From a virus (Duplodnaviria; Heunggongvirae; Uroviricota; Caudoviricetes): a DNA stretch of 22,887 nucleotides. The stretch is taken from the IMG/VR virus record IMGVR_UViG_2541047738_000004; one strand, given 5' to 3'. Below the pieces are notes generated by a model that was given only the letters and a program-made list of their open reading frames with translations, made no database searches and was not told where the DNA came from. Positions 8,091 to 16,422 of the stretch are shown piece after piece (positions within the stretch are counted from its first letter, which is position 1; each line of letters opens with the position of its first letter). The translations under genes were made by a program, and so were the position numbers.

Positions 8091-8219
8091 CCGAGCCCTC
8101 GCTGTTTCTTTCGATTTGCTGTGTTAAGCTAATATTTTAATATCCATGTTTCTGTTTGCTTGCAGTGTGTTTCTCACCACCATCCAAACGTACTGGTTAC
8201 TAGCTATGTGATGATGAAG

Positions 8220-8927
8220 TCATGAACTTTTCAGCCATTCCCTGGCCTCGATGTCATCTAGGTGGCGAGATTGCTTCAGAATACCAGCTACATACTCCAC
8301 CTTTGCTACTTGATGATAAGGCAACGTTATTGGCCTGTGGTCTTGGTTGATGCTTGTAAATTGGTATTCTCCGTCTCTGTCATAGCCAAGAACCTTGATC
8401 ATGTTGTGCCCTTCAATGGTTCTGACAAACACCTCATCACCTGGGAATACTTTGGTGTTAGGCTCAATGAGTACATATTCTCCTGATTTTATTCTGGGCC
8501 ACATGCTGTCTCCTTTTACACGAAGACCAAAGGCATCTGGATCATCGCTATAAATCTTGAGCCACCCATCGCGCTCTTCGGTCATCTCGATGGCACCATC
8601 AACACCAAGAATTGCCTCACCAACCACGCGCACTAACCCTTTTTTTAATTTGCCAACAATTGAAAAAGTATCTTCATCATTCGCTCCATTTAACGAAGTG
8701 CCGTGCTGAAGCCAAACAACATCAACGTTTAGAAATTTCGCAAGCGCATTCATTTTTTCCTGGCGTGGTAAAGACTCAGCATTAAACCATTTGCTAACGC
8801 CTTTGGACGAAAGAGAAAGGGCACGGGCTATGGCCATTCCCCTACCATGTTCATCAAGACCAGCTTCTTTACAGGCTTGCGCTAGCCGCTGGGCGAATTC
8901 TTTGCGCACTTTTTCATTCTGAACCAT
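8220..8927 (-). CDS. cI: CI-type prophage repressor (HTH N-domain plus S24 LexA-like autocleavage domain)
   Basis: 235 aa with an N-terminal HTH region and C-terminal GDSMWP…K signature of S24 peptidases. Divergent from cro, with no leader or SD before the ATG (leaderless, as for lambda pRM). Confidence 0.9.
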   Translation of the reverse strand: MVQNEKVRKEFAQRLAQACKEAGLDEHGRGMAIARALSLSSKGVSKWFNAESLPRQEKMNALAKFLNVDVVWLQHGTSLNGANDEDTFSIVGKLKKGLVRVVGEAILGVDGAIEMTEERDGWLKIYSDDPDAFGLRVKGDSMWPRIKSGEYVLIEPNTKVFPGDEVFVRTIEGHNMIKVLGYDRDGEYQFTSINQDHRPITLPYHQVAKVEYVAGILKQSRHLDDIEAREWLKSS

Positions 8928-9005
8928 GAGTACGATACTAAAGCACTTGCAAAAACTTTCAGTTCAACCATAATGCGTACTGAAAGTACGAAAAAGGACA
9001 TTCCT
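8928..9005. promoter_or_regulatory. Immunity-region operator/promoter block (OR, pRM, pR)
   Basis: 78-bp divergent intergenic region. It holds a perfect palindrome CGTACTGAAAGTACG (8976..8990) and a related inverted element ACTTTCAGT (8954..8964), overlapping the likely pR. Confidence 0.6.
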
Positions 9006-9233
9006 ATGCAAAATCTTGATGAGCCGATTAAAGGTGTCGGCATCCCTGAAGTTGCGAAGGCTTGTGGAGTTAGCGAAAGGGCTGTCTATAAGTGGCTCAA
9101 AAACGGCTTCCTCCCTAAGACTGAGTTTTTTGGGAAAACGAAATACGCATCAAAAATCGAAGAGATTTCTGGTGGCAAATATCAAGCAAGCGAAATGCTT
9201 GAAATAAGCAAAAAGAACCTTCTGGCAGCATAA
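9006..9233 (+). CDS. cro: Cro-like HTH repressor (75 aa)
   Basis: HTH (VAKACGVSERAVYKWLKNG) and RBS aaagga 8 nt upstream of ATG 9006. The earlier in-frame ATG at 8973 sits inside the operator and has no SD. Confidence 0.78.
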   Translation: MQNLDEPIKGVGIPEVAKACGVSERAVYKWLKNGFLPKTEFFGKTKYASKIEEISGGKYQASEMLEISKKNLLAA

Positions 9234-9240
9234 GTAACAC

Positions 9241-9275
9241 CGCTCTTTATCAATCTGCACCGCCGACAACGCGGT
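9241..9275 (+). promoter_or_regulatory. nutR (boxA 9241..9249 CGCTCTTTA; boxB 9259..9275)
   Basis: Consensus boxA followed by hairpin ACCGCCGACAACGCGGT (P22-type boxB), between cro and cII. Confidence 0.65.
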
Positions 9276-9339
9276 AACTAATTAAGAACTCATCGAAAGA
9301 TGCGTATTAGTGATTATTTACCTATGGAAATAGTAAGAA

Positions 9340-9639
9340 ATGGAACAAACAAATTACAGCAAACTATCACAGCGCGACGTTGATCGCGCAGAAACAGATT
9401 TACTTATCAACCTGTCAACGCTTACTCAGCGCGGTCTGGCAAAGATGATTGGCTGTCATGAATCGAAGATAAGCAGAACAGACTGGAGGTTTATAGCTTC
9501 GGTCTTGTGTGCTTTTGGCATGGCATCAGACATCAGTCCGATTAGCAGAGCTTTTAAGTATGCGCTTGATGAAATCACCAATAAAAAACGCCCGGTGTGC
9601 AAGACCGAGCGTTCTGAACAAATCCAGATGGAGTTCTGA
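9340..9639 (+). CDS. cII: CII transcriptional activator
   Basis: 99 aa; C-terminus …NKKRP…TERSEQIQMEF matches lambda CII. Confidence 0.85.
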   Translation: MEQTNYSKLSQRDVDRAETDLLINLSTLTQRGLAKMIGCHESKISRTDWRFIASVLCAFGMASDISPISRAFKYALDEITNKKRPVCKTERSEQIQMEF

Positions 9640-9672
9640 GGTCATTACTGGATCTATCAACAGGAGTCATTA
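9586..9672 (-). ncRNA. oop: OOP antisense RNA (approximate ends) with tO terminator at 9583..9611
   Basis: Minus-strand hairpin CGCUCGG-loop-CCGGGCG followed by UUUUUU overlapping the cII 3' end. The cII/O junction sequence matches lambda, where oop is encoded. Confidence 0.45.
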
Positions 9673-10571
9673 TGACAAATACAGCAAAAATACTCAACTT
9701 CGGCAGAGGTAACTTTGCCGGACAGGAGCGTAATGTGGCAGATCTCGATGATGGTTACGCCAGACTATCAAATATGCTGCTTGAGGCTTATTCGGGCGCA
9801 GATCTGACCAAGCGACAGTTTAAAGTGCTGCTTGCCATTCTGCGTAAAACCTATGGGTGGAATAAACCAATGGACAGAATCACCGATTCTCAACTTAGCG
9901 AGATTACAAAGTTACCTGTCAAACGGTGCAATGAAGCCAAGTTAGAACTCGTCAGAATGAATATTATCAAGCAGCAAGGCGGCATGTTTGGACCAAACAA
10001 AAACATCTCAGAATGGTGCATCCCTCAAAACGAGGGAAAATCCCCTAAAACGAGGGATAAAACATCCCTCAAATTGGGGGATTGCTATCCCTCAAAACAG
10101 GGGGACACAAAAGACACTATTACAAAAGAAAAAAGAAAAGATTATTCGTCCGAGAATTCTGGCGAATCCTCTGACCAGCCAGAAAACGATCTTTCTGTGG
10201 TTAAACCGGATGCTGCAATTCAGAGCGGCAGTAAGTGGGGAACAGCAGAAGACCTGACCGCCGCAGAGTGGATGTTTGACATGGTGAAGACCATCGCGCC
10301 ATCAGCCAGAAAACCGAATTTTGCTGGGTGGGCTAACGATATCCGCCTGATGCGTGAACGTGACGGACGTAACCACCGCGATATGTGTGTGCTTTTCCGC
10401 TGGGCCTGCCAGGACAACTTCTGGTCCGGTAACGTGCTGAGTCCGGCCAAACTCCGCGACAAGTGGACCCAGCTCGAAATCAACCGTAACAAGCAACAGG
10501 CTGGCGTGACAGCCGGAAAACCAAAACTCGACCTGACAAACACTGACTGGATTTACGGGGTGGATCTATGA
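9672..10571 (+). CDS. O: Replication initiator O
   Basis: 299 aa matching lambda O (MTNTAKILNFGRGNFAGQERNVADLDDGYARL…), with iterons inside the gene. Confidence 0.97.
   Translation: MTNTAKILNFGRGNFAGQERNVADLDDGYARLSNMLLEAYSGADLTKRQFKVLLAILRKTYGWNKPMDRITDSQLSEITKLPVKRCNEAKLELVRMNIIKQQGGMFGPNKNISEWCIPQNEGKSPKTRDKTSLKLGDCYPSKQGDTKDTITKEKRKDYSSENSGESSDQPENDLSVVKPDAAIQSGSKWGTAEDLTAAEWMFDMVKTIAPSARKPNFAGWANDIRLMRERDGRNHRDMCVLFRWACQDNFWSGNVLSPAKLRDKWTQLEINRNKQQAGVTAGKPKLDLTNTDWIYGVDL
10020..10150 (+). repeat. ori-lambda: four iterons (ATCCCTCAAAACGAGGGA-like) plus AT-rich unwinding region
   Basis: Four ~18-bp direct repeats at about 10020..10037, 10041..10057, 10063..10080 and 10087..10105, followed by A-rich sequence 10106..10150. 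Confidence 0.88.
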
Positions 10572-11269
10572 AAAACATCGCCGCACAGATGGTTAACTTT
10601 GACCGTGAGCAGATGCGTCGGATCGCCAACAACATGCCGGAACAGTACGACGAAAAGCCACAGGTACAGCAGGTAGCGCAGATCATCAACGGTGTGTTCA
10701 GCCAGTTACTGGCAACTTTCCCGGCGAGCCTGGCTAACCGTGACCAGAACGAACTGAACGAAATCCGCCGCCAGTGGGTTCTGGCTTTCCGGGAAAACGG
10801 GATCACCACAATGGAACAGGTTAACGCAGGAATGCGCGTAGCCCGTCGGCAGAATCGACCATTTCTGCCATCACCCGGGCAGTTTGTTGCATGGTGCCGG
10901 GAAGAAGCATCCGTTATCGCCGGACTGCCAAACGTCAGCGAGCTGGTTGATATGGTTTACGAGTATTGCCGGAAGCGAGGCCTGTATCCGGATGCGGAGT
11001 CTTATCCGTGGAAATCAAATGCGCACTACTGGCTGGTTACCAACCTGTATCAGAACATGCGGGCCAATGCGCTTACTGATGCGGAATTACGCCGTAAGGC
11101 CGCAGATGAGCTTGTCCATATGACTGCGAGAATTAACCGTGGTGAGGCGATCCCTGAACCAGTAAAACAACTTCCTGTCATGGGCGGTAGACCTCTAAAT
11201 CGTGCACAGGCTCTGGCGAAGATCGCAGAAATCAAAGCTAAGTTCGGACTGAAAGGAGCAAGTGTATGA
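10568..11269 (+). CDS. P: Replication protein P (DnaB helicase loader)
   Basis: 233 aa matching lambda P (MKNIAAQMVNFDREQMRRIANNMPEQYDEKPQVQQ…). Confidence 0.97.
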   Translation: MKNIAAQMVNFDREQMRRIANNMPEQYDEKPQVQQVAQIINGVFSQLLATFPASLANRDQNELNEIRRQWVLAFRENGITTMEQVNAGMRVARRQNRPFLPSPGQFVAWCREEASVIAGLPNVSELVDMVYEYCRKRGLYPDAESYPWKSNAHYWLVTNLYQNMRANALTDAELRRKAADELVHMTARINRGEAIPEPVKQLPVMGGRPLNRAQALAKIAEIKAKFGLKGASV

Positions 11270-11556
11270 CGGGCAAAGAGGCAATTATTCATTACCTGGG
11301 GACGCATAATAGCTTCTGTGCGCCGGACGTTGCCGCGCTAACAGGCGCAACAGTAACCAGCATAAATCAGGCCGCGGCTAAAATGGCACGGGCAGGTCTT
11401 CTGGTTATCGAAGGTAAGGTCTGGCGAACGGTGTATTACCGGTTTGCTACCAGGGAAGAACGGGAAGGAAAGATGAGCACGAACCTGATTTTTAAGGAGT
11501 GTCGCCAGAGTGCCGCGATGAAACGGGTATTGGCGGTATATGGAGTTAAAAGATGA
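11266..11556 (+). CDS. ren: Ren (Rex-exclusion escape protein)
   Basis: 96 aa matching lambda Ren (MTGKEAIIHYLGTHNSFCAPDVAALTGATVTSINQAAAKMARAGLL…). Confidence 0.9.
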   Translation: MTGKEAIIHYLGTHNSFCAPDVAALTGATVTSINQAAAKMARAGLLVIEGKVWRTVYYRFATREEREGKMSTNLIFKECRQSAAMKRVLAVYGVKR

Positions 11557-11581
11557 CCATCTACATTACTGAGCTAATAAC

Positions 11582-11613
11582 AGGCCTGCTGGTAATCGCA
11601 GGCCTTTTTATTT
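11582..11613 (+). terminator. tR2-like rho-independent terminator
   Basis: 8-bp stem AGGCCTGC / GCAGGCCT with 8-nt loop, followed by TTTTTATTT, between ren and ninB. Confidence 0.55.
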
Positions 11614-11629
11614 GGGGGAGAGGGAAGTC

Positions 11630-12070
11630 ATGAAAAAACTAACCTTTGAAATTCGATCTCCAGCACATCAGCAAAACGCTATTCACGCAGTACAGCAAAT
11701 CCTTCCAGACCCAACCAAACCAATCGTAGTAACCATTCAGGAACGCAACCGCAGCTTAGACCAAAACAGGAAGCTATGGGCCTGCTTAGGTGACGTCTCT
11801 CGTCAGGTTGAATGGCATGGTCGCTGGCTGGATGCAGAAAGCTGGAAGTGTGTGTTTACCGCAGCATTAAAGCAGCAGGATGTTGTTCCTAACCTTGCCG
11901 GGAATGGCTTTGTGGTAATAGGCCAGTCAACCAGCAGGATGCGTGTAGGCGAATTTGCGGAGCTATTAGAGCTTATACAGGCATTCGGTACAGAGCGTGG
12001 CGTTAAGTGGTCAGACGAAGCGAGACTGGCTCTGGAGTGGAAAGCGAGATGGGGAGATCGGGCTGCATGA
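11630..12070 (+). CDS. ninB: NinB (Orf) recombination mediator
   Basis: 146 aa from ATG 11630 (RBS gggagagggaag) matching lambda NinB (MKKLTFEIRSPAHQQNAIHAVQQILPDP…). Confidence 0.9.
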   Translation: MKKLTFEIRSPAHQQNAIHAVQQILPDPTKPIVVTIQERNRSLDQNRKLWACLGDVSRQVEWHGRWLDAESWKCVFTAALKQQDVVPNLAGNGFVVIGQSTSRMRVGEFAELLELIQAFGTERGVKWSDEARLALEWKARWGDRAA

Positions 12071-12594
12071 CTATCAAATCAAATACGCCAGCACACGACA
12101 AGGACTGCTGGCAAACGCCGCTTTGGCTTTTTGATGCACTGGATATTGAGTTTGGATTCTGGCTGGATTCGGCAGCGAGCGACAAAAATGCTCTGTGTGC
12201 TCACTGGCTAACTGAGGCCGACGACGCGCTCAATTCTGAGTGGGTAAGCCACGGTGCAATCTGGAATAACCCACCGTACAGCAATATCAGGCCGTGGGTG
12301 GAAAAAGCCGCTGAGCAGTGCATACAACAGCGACAGACGGTAGTTATGCTTGTGCCAGAGGATATGTCAGTCGGATGGTTCAGCAAGGCTCTGGAGAGTG
12401 TCGACGAAGTTCGCATTATCACTGATGGACGGATTAATTTTATCGAACCATCGACAGGGCTGGAGAAGAAGGGAAACAGCAAAGGCTCCATGCTGCTGAT
12501 TTGGCGACCGTTCATCAGTCCTCGACGGATGTTTACTACCGTATCCAAAGCGGCATTGATGGCGATCGGGCAGGGCGTCAGGAGGGCGGCATGA
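12067..12594 (+). CDS. Phage DNA N6-adenine methyltransferase (Dam-type)
   Basis: 175 aa from ATG 12067 (ATGA overlap with ninB) containing the NPPY catalytic motif (…[18 protein letters not shown]…). Confidence 0.8.
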   Translation: MTIKSNTPAHDKDCWQTPLWLFDALDIEFGFWLDSAASDKNALCAHWLTEADDALNSEWVSHGAIWNNPPYSNIRPWVEKAAEQCIQQRQTVVMLVPEDMSVGWFSKALESVDEVRIITDGRINFIEPSTGLEKKGNSKGSMLLIWRPFISPRRMFTTVSKAALMAIGQGVRRAA

Positions 12595-12767
12595 GGCGAC
12601 AGCGACGAAGTTTCACCGACATCATCTGCGAAAACTGCAAATACCTTCCAACGAAACGCTCCAGAAATAAACGCAAGCCAATCCCAAAAGAATCTGACGT
12701 AAAAACCTTCAATTACACAGCTCACCTGTGGGATATCCGGTGGCTAAGATATCGTGCGAGGAAATGA
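12591..12767 (+). CDS. ninE: NinE
   Basis: 58 aa ([58 protein letters not shown]) matching lambda/P22 NinE; RBS ggaggg. Confidence 0.8.
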   Translation: MRRQRRSFTDIICENCKYLPTKRSRNKRKPIPKESDVKTFNYTAHLWDIRWLRYRARK

Positions 12768-13111
12768 CAATGGATTATTCACAGTTAAGTGATTTTGAAA
12801 TTAACAGAATGGTAGGAGACATAATTTTTAAAGGCCTTTGGGCAAGTAAACCGGAAACATCAGGGAATAACACCAACAAATGGTATTACGGAAATGCTGA
12901 TACAACTTTTGAGCCATTAAATCATTTGCCTGACTACTGCAATGATCCGAGCGCTTCATGGCCGATTATTGAGAAATACAGGATTTCTATCTTAGACCAG
13001 TTAACTGAATGGTGTGTGGATGCAAAAGGCGTAAGCCCAATATTTGATACCAGACCTCTCCGCGCCGCCATTATTGTCTTTCTCCTGATGCAGGAGGCCA
13101 ATAATGCTTAG
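12764..13111 (+). CDS. NinX-like nin-region protein (possible DUF2591)
   Basis: 115 aa from ATG 12764 overlapping the ninE stop. It occupies the position of P22 ninX between ninE and ninF; the family name is from memory only. Confidence 0.55.
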   Translation: MTMDYSQLSDFEINRMVGDIIFKGLWASKPETSGNNTNKWYYGNADTTFEPLNHLPDYCNDPSASWPIIEKYRISILDQLTEWCVDAKGVSPIFDTRPLRAAIIVFLLMQEANNA

Positions 13112-13298
13112 CCCATCTCAATCCCTTCAATACCTGAAAGGAAGCATAGAGCGGGCTTCAATGTGCACAGAGTGGATTCTATCTAGGTTTAGCGCATACA
13201 GAAGATTGCCGGTAAAGGGCATGCCAAGCAAGTCGATGCTGCATATGCAAAAGAATGCGCGCGGGAAGGTATGGCGAGAACGCAGGTTATCTGGCTGA
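13104..13298 (+). CDS. NinF-like protein (N-terminal ~18 aa match lambda NinF, then divergent)
   Basis: [18 protein letters not shown]… resembles the lambda NinF N-terminus; the remainder lacks the recalled Cys-rich NinF C-terminus. RBS caggagg. Confidence 0.5.
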   Translation: MLSPSQSLQYLKGSIERASMCTEWILSRFSAYRRLPVKGMPSKSMLHMQKNARGKVWRERRLSG

Positions 13299-13317
13299 AA
13301 GAGGGGGTAATTAAGGC

Positions 13318-13680
13318 GTGAATACTTACCACATCACACTACCCTGGCCTCCGAGCAATAATCGCTATTATCGCCATAATCGCGGGCGCACGCACGTCAG
13401 CGCAGAGGGGCAGGCATACCGCGATAACGTCGCCCGAATCATTAAAAACGCAATGCTGGATATCGGCCTGGCGATGCCTGTGAAAATCCGCATTGAGTGC
13501 CACATGCCGGATCGCCGTCGCCGTGACCTGGATAATCTGCAAAAAGCCGCTTTTGACGCACTCACCAAAGCAGGTTTCTGGCTGGATGATGCTCAGGTCG
13601 TTGATTACCGCGTTGTGAAGATGCCTGTTACCAAAGGTGGGAGGCTGGAATTGACCATCACCGAAATGGGGAATGAATGA
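13318..13680 (+). CDS. rusA: RusA Holliday-junction resolvase (GTG start)
   Basis: 120 aa matching RusA of DLP12/phage 82 ([35 protein letters not shown]…). Confidence 0.9.
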   Translation: MNTYHITLPWPPSNNRYYRHNRGRTHVSAEGQAYRDNVARIIKNAMLDIGLAMPVKIRIECHMPDRRRRDLDNLQKAAFDALTKAGFWLDDAQVVDYRVVKMPVTKGGRLELTITEMGNE

Positions 13681-13817
13681 TGTTTGAGTTTTATATGGCA
13701 GAACGTCTTCGCCACCGCTGGGTGCGTCTGCGCTTATATCGTTTCCCCGGTTCTGTTTTGACCGATTACCGAATACTGAAGAATTACGCCAAAACACTGA
13801 CAGGAGCAGGAGTATGA
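13680..13817 (+). CDS. YlcG-like small protein (45 aa; below the ORF-track cutoff)
   Basis: Hand translation gives [45 protein letters not shown], overlapping the rusA stop; same position as DLP12 ylcG. Confidence 0.45.
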   Translation: MFEFYMAERLRHRWVRLRLYRFPGSVLTDYRILKNYAKTLTGAGV

Positions 13818-13902
13818 AGTCAGAGATAACAATCAACTAATACTGTTTTGCTGATTTTTGCTTGTAATTGGCGTTCTGGTCTGATTTTTGTGGAGTAAGT
13901 TG

Positions 13903-14280
13903 ATGCGTGATATTCAGATGGTTCTTGAGCGTTGGGGAGCGTGGGCGGCTAATAATCATGAAGATGTGACCTGGTCGTCCATTGCCGCCGGTTTTAAGGG
14001 ATTAATTCCTTCAAAAGTAAAATCTCGCCCGCAATGTTGTGACGATGACGCGATGATCATTTGCGGGTGCATGGCCCGTCTGAAAAATAACAACAGCGAT
14101 TTGCATGATTTGTTAGTGGACTATTATGTCGGCGGCATGACTTTTATGGCGCTTGCGCGTAAGCATGGTAGATCTGATTGTTGGATTGGCAGGATGCTCC
14201 AAAAAGCTGAGGGCGTAGTGGAGGGCATGCTGATGGTGTTGGATCTCAGATTGGAGATGGATGCTGATTGTTTGAGATAA
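13903..14280 (+). CDS. Q-like late antiterminator (DLP12 QuuD / phage 82 Q family)
   Basis: 125 aa from ATG 13903 ([26 protein letters not shown]…) resembling DLP12 QuuD as recalled; followed by pR'/tR'-like elements. Confidence 0.72.
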   Translation: MRDIQMVLERWGAWAANNHEDVTWSSIAAGFKGLIPSKVKSRPQCCDDDAMIICGCMARLKNNNSDLHDLLVDYYVGGMTFMALARKHGRSDCWIGRMLQKAEGVVEGMLMVLDLRLEMDADCLR

Positions 14281-14309
14281 TTAAAGGAAAAGTTGCTGTC
14301 TGGTTATCA

Positions 14310-14336
14310 TTAGACTAATGTTTCAAATGTTAGAAT
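14310..14336 (+). promoter_or_regulatory. Candidate late promoter pR' (-35 TTAGAC, -10 TAGAAT) with qut region
   Basis: Sigma-70-like hexamers just downstream of Q and about 45 nt upstream of a strong terminator; the spacer is short (~15 bp), so placement is tentative. Confidence 0.3.
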
Positions 14337-14378
14337 CGCAACGTAGTTATGATCATATAACAGCTTGTTCCCTGATTT

Positions 14379-14409
14379 AGCCAGCCTCCCCAAAGGCTGG
14401 TTTTTTTTC
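14379..14409 (+). terminator. tR'-like rho-independent terminator
   Basis: Hairpin CCAGCC-tccccaaa-GGCTGG followed by a run of 8 T. Confidence 0.65.
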
Positions 14410-14436
14410 TAATAAGTATCAATCCGGTTAGGTATT

Positions 14437-14961
14437 TTATTGTTTGACCCATAATAGTTCATTGACATTGAATCCCAATTTTTGAGCAGTACGCACATAG
14501 TCTGCTTTTACATTATCTGGAATAGTTGGAGTCCGTGCCAGAATCCATAGGTATTCTCTGTTCGGACCACTGACAAGAGCATATTTATACTCATCATCCA
14601 GTTTGATTACATTATAGCCACCATAGAAGGGGCCAAAAAACGAAACCTTCAACGCTGCAGTTGTATTATCTCCTGTAAAGTATGCTTTACCTTCGCTCTC
14701 GCTCCATTTGTTTTTCGTTGGGTCATATCCACGATTAAGTACACTAATCCCTCCGTCGTTCCGTTTCCCATAAGTGGCGCTGACCTGTTCCAGACCACGT
14801 TCAAATCGGTTCTCAAGCCGAGCTATTTCATACCATTTTCCGAGGTAGCGGTTGGTGTCAAAATTTGTAATCGGCTGCACACCTTTAGGTGGTGTCGGGG
14901 CCTTACATGCTATCAGAGTGAAAGAGAGTGCAATGCCAGTCAACACAGGCCATAACTTCAT
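14437..14961 (-). CDS. blc: Blc-like outer-membrane lipoprotein (bacterial lipocalin)
   Basis: 174 aa with a lipoprotein signal peptide and lipobox (…FTLIACKAPTPP…) and strong similarity to E. coli Blc as recalled (…RYLGKWYEIARLENRFERGLE…KVSFFGPFYGGYNVI…YLWILARTPT…). Confidence 0.85.
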   Translation of the reverse strand: MKLWPVLTGIALSFTLIACKAPTPPKGVQPITNFDTNRYLGKWYEIARLENRFERGLEQVSATYGKRNDGGISVLNRGYDPTKNKWSESEGKAYFTGDNTTAALKVSFFGPFYGGYNVIKLDDEYKYALVSGPNREYLWILARTPTIPDNVKADYVRTAQKLGFNVNELLWVKQ

Positions 14962-15153
14962 AATATATCCTGTACTTTTGATAGTTGAGAGTAAGTATTA
15001 AAGATAGATGATTACTACCGATCACTTAAAGAACTTTCCTACTATATTAGGAATAGTCCATAACAAAAAAATTGTCAGTGATGACGGCAGAAAGGCAGTT
15101 TAGGTCGTGTACTACACTGTTAACCTGTTAATGAATTAGTCAAGGGGTAGGCA

Positions 15154-16113
15154 ATGATAAAAAAACCTGTCGTTGGGATCAGTGGTTGTTTGGCCGGTTC
15201 TTCTGTCCGTTTTGATGGTGGTCACAAAAGAGCTAGCTTTTTAATGGACAAATTACTGGAATGGGTAACATTCAAACCAGTATGTCCGGAAATGGCTATA
15301 GGGCTTCCAGTTCCGCGTCCTGCTCTACGTCTTGTTCGCTCGGCGCAAGGAAATATACGGATGTGTTTCAGCCACGACCAGAATGAGGATGTTACAGAGA
15401 AAATGACAGAGTTTAGTCGTTCTTATCTTGACAAATTAAAGGATGTATCGGGATTTGTGGTTTGTGCAAAATCTCCTAGCTGTGGTATGGAACGCGTGCG
15501 TGTATATGATGAAAATGGTAATCGTGGTCGTAAAGATGGAGTGGGACTATTTACGAGCACGTTGATGGAAAGGTTTTCCTGGCTACCGGTTGAAGAGGAT
15601 GGGCGACTACATGATCCAGTGCTTCGTGAAAACTTTGTTGAAAGAGTATTTGCTTTACATGAGCTCAATCATCTTTATAAAGCGAAATTATCAAGAAGGG
15701 AATTATTAGCTTTTCATAGCCGTTATAAGCTTCAGTTGTTGGCGCATAGCCAGGCCGGTTATAAAGAGATGGGGCCATTTGTGGCTGCAATACATGAGTG
15801 GGCAGACCTTGAATCATACTTTGAGGTGTATCGTGAGAAGCTGATGGCGATTCTCAGAAAACCTGCATCACGTAAAAATCACACGAATGTGCTGATGCAT
15901 ATACAGGGATATTTTAGTAACTGCTTAAATACACGTCAGCGTAAAGAGTTGAGCGATGTTATACTTAACTATCGAGCTGGCACGCTACCTCTTCTTGCGC
16001 CATTAACTTTGCTGAAGCATTACTTGGCAGAGTATCCTGATGATTATTTGCTTATACAGAATTACTTCCACCCCTATCCTGATGAACTGGCTCTAAGACT
16101 CTTGGTGAACTAG
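15154..16113 (+). CDS. DUF523/DUF1722 fusion protein (TudS thiouracil-desulfurase-like N-domain, YbgA-like C-domain)
   Basis: 319 aa; the N-terminus VGISGCLAG…VRFDGGHK resembles the Cys-containing DUF523/TudS signature, and the C-terminal half resembles the YbgA/DUF1722 helical domain. Family assignment is from memory. Confidence 0.75.
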   Translation: MIKKPVVGISGCLAGSSVRFDGGHKRASFLMDKLLEWVTFKPVCPEMAIGLPVPRPALRLVRSAQGNIRMCFSHDQNEDVTEKMTEFSRSYLDKLKDVSGFVVCAKSPSCGMERVRVYDENGNRGRKDGVGLFTSTLMERFSWLPVEEDGRLHDPVLRENFVERVFALHELNHLYKAKLSRRELLAFHSRYKLQLLAHSQAGYKEMGPFVAAIHEWADLESYFEVYREKLMAILRKPASRKNHTNVLMHIQGYFSNCLNTRQRKELSDVILNYRAGTLPLLAPLTLLKHYLAEYPDDYLLIQNYFHPYPDELALRLLVN

Positions 16114-16422
16114 GCGTTTGGAATGCACCAACAAGATGATTTTCTCCTTAGAGAATGTTTACAATCGTAAAAACTTCACTATGATATCTATAGTTGTACA
16201 GTTTGTAAAAAAATTCGGTTCATGCTTAAGGTAATGTTAATATGTTAATTAATGATTAATAATCAAGCAAGCCAAAAATAGTTCTGTTTAATCTAGTATT
16301 ACATAAATATTTTAAAGAAAATATCAAAGTTCATGATGATATAATGAGGTTTTTCTCATTGAAAATATGGCAATTTTAATATTTCCACCTATACTTACTT
16401 AACTCAAATCTAATTATGTCAG

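Noticed and set aside
8973-9005. Upstream in-frame ATG at 8973 as the cro start
   Set aside because: That ATG lies within the operator palindrome and lacks an SD, whereas ATG 9006 has an aaagga RBS at correct spacing.
10020-10105. Iteron repeats as a possible CRISPR array
   Set aside because: Only four imperfect ~18-bp repeats with no spacers, inside the O coding frame; this is the classical ori-lambda iteron block.
12201-12725. 174-aa minus-strand ORF overlapping the Dam methyltransferase and ninE
   Set aside because: Antisense to two translationally coupled genes with good starts; no independent support.
13339-13836. 165-aa minus-strand ORF overlapping rusA and the ylcG-like ORF
   Set aside because: Antisense shadow ORF; rusA and the downstream small ORF account for the region.
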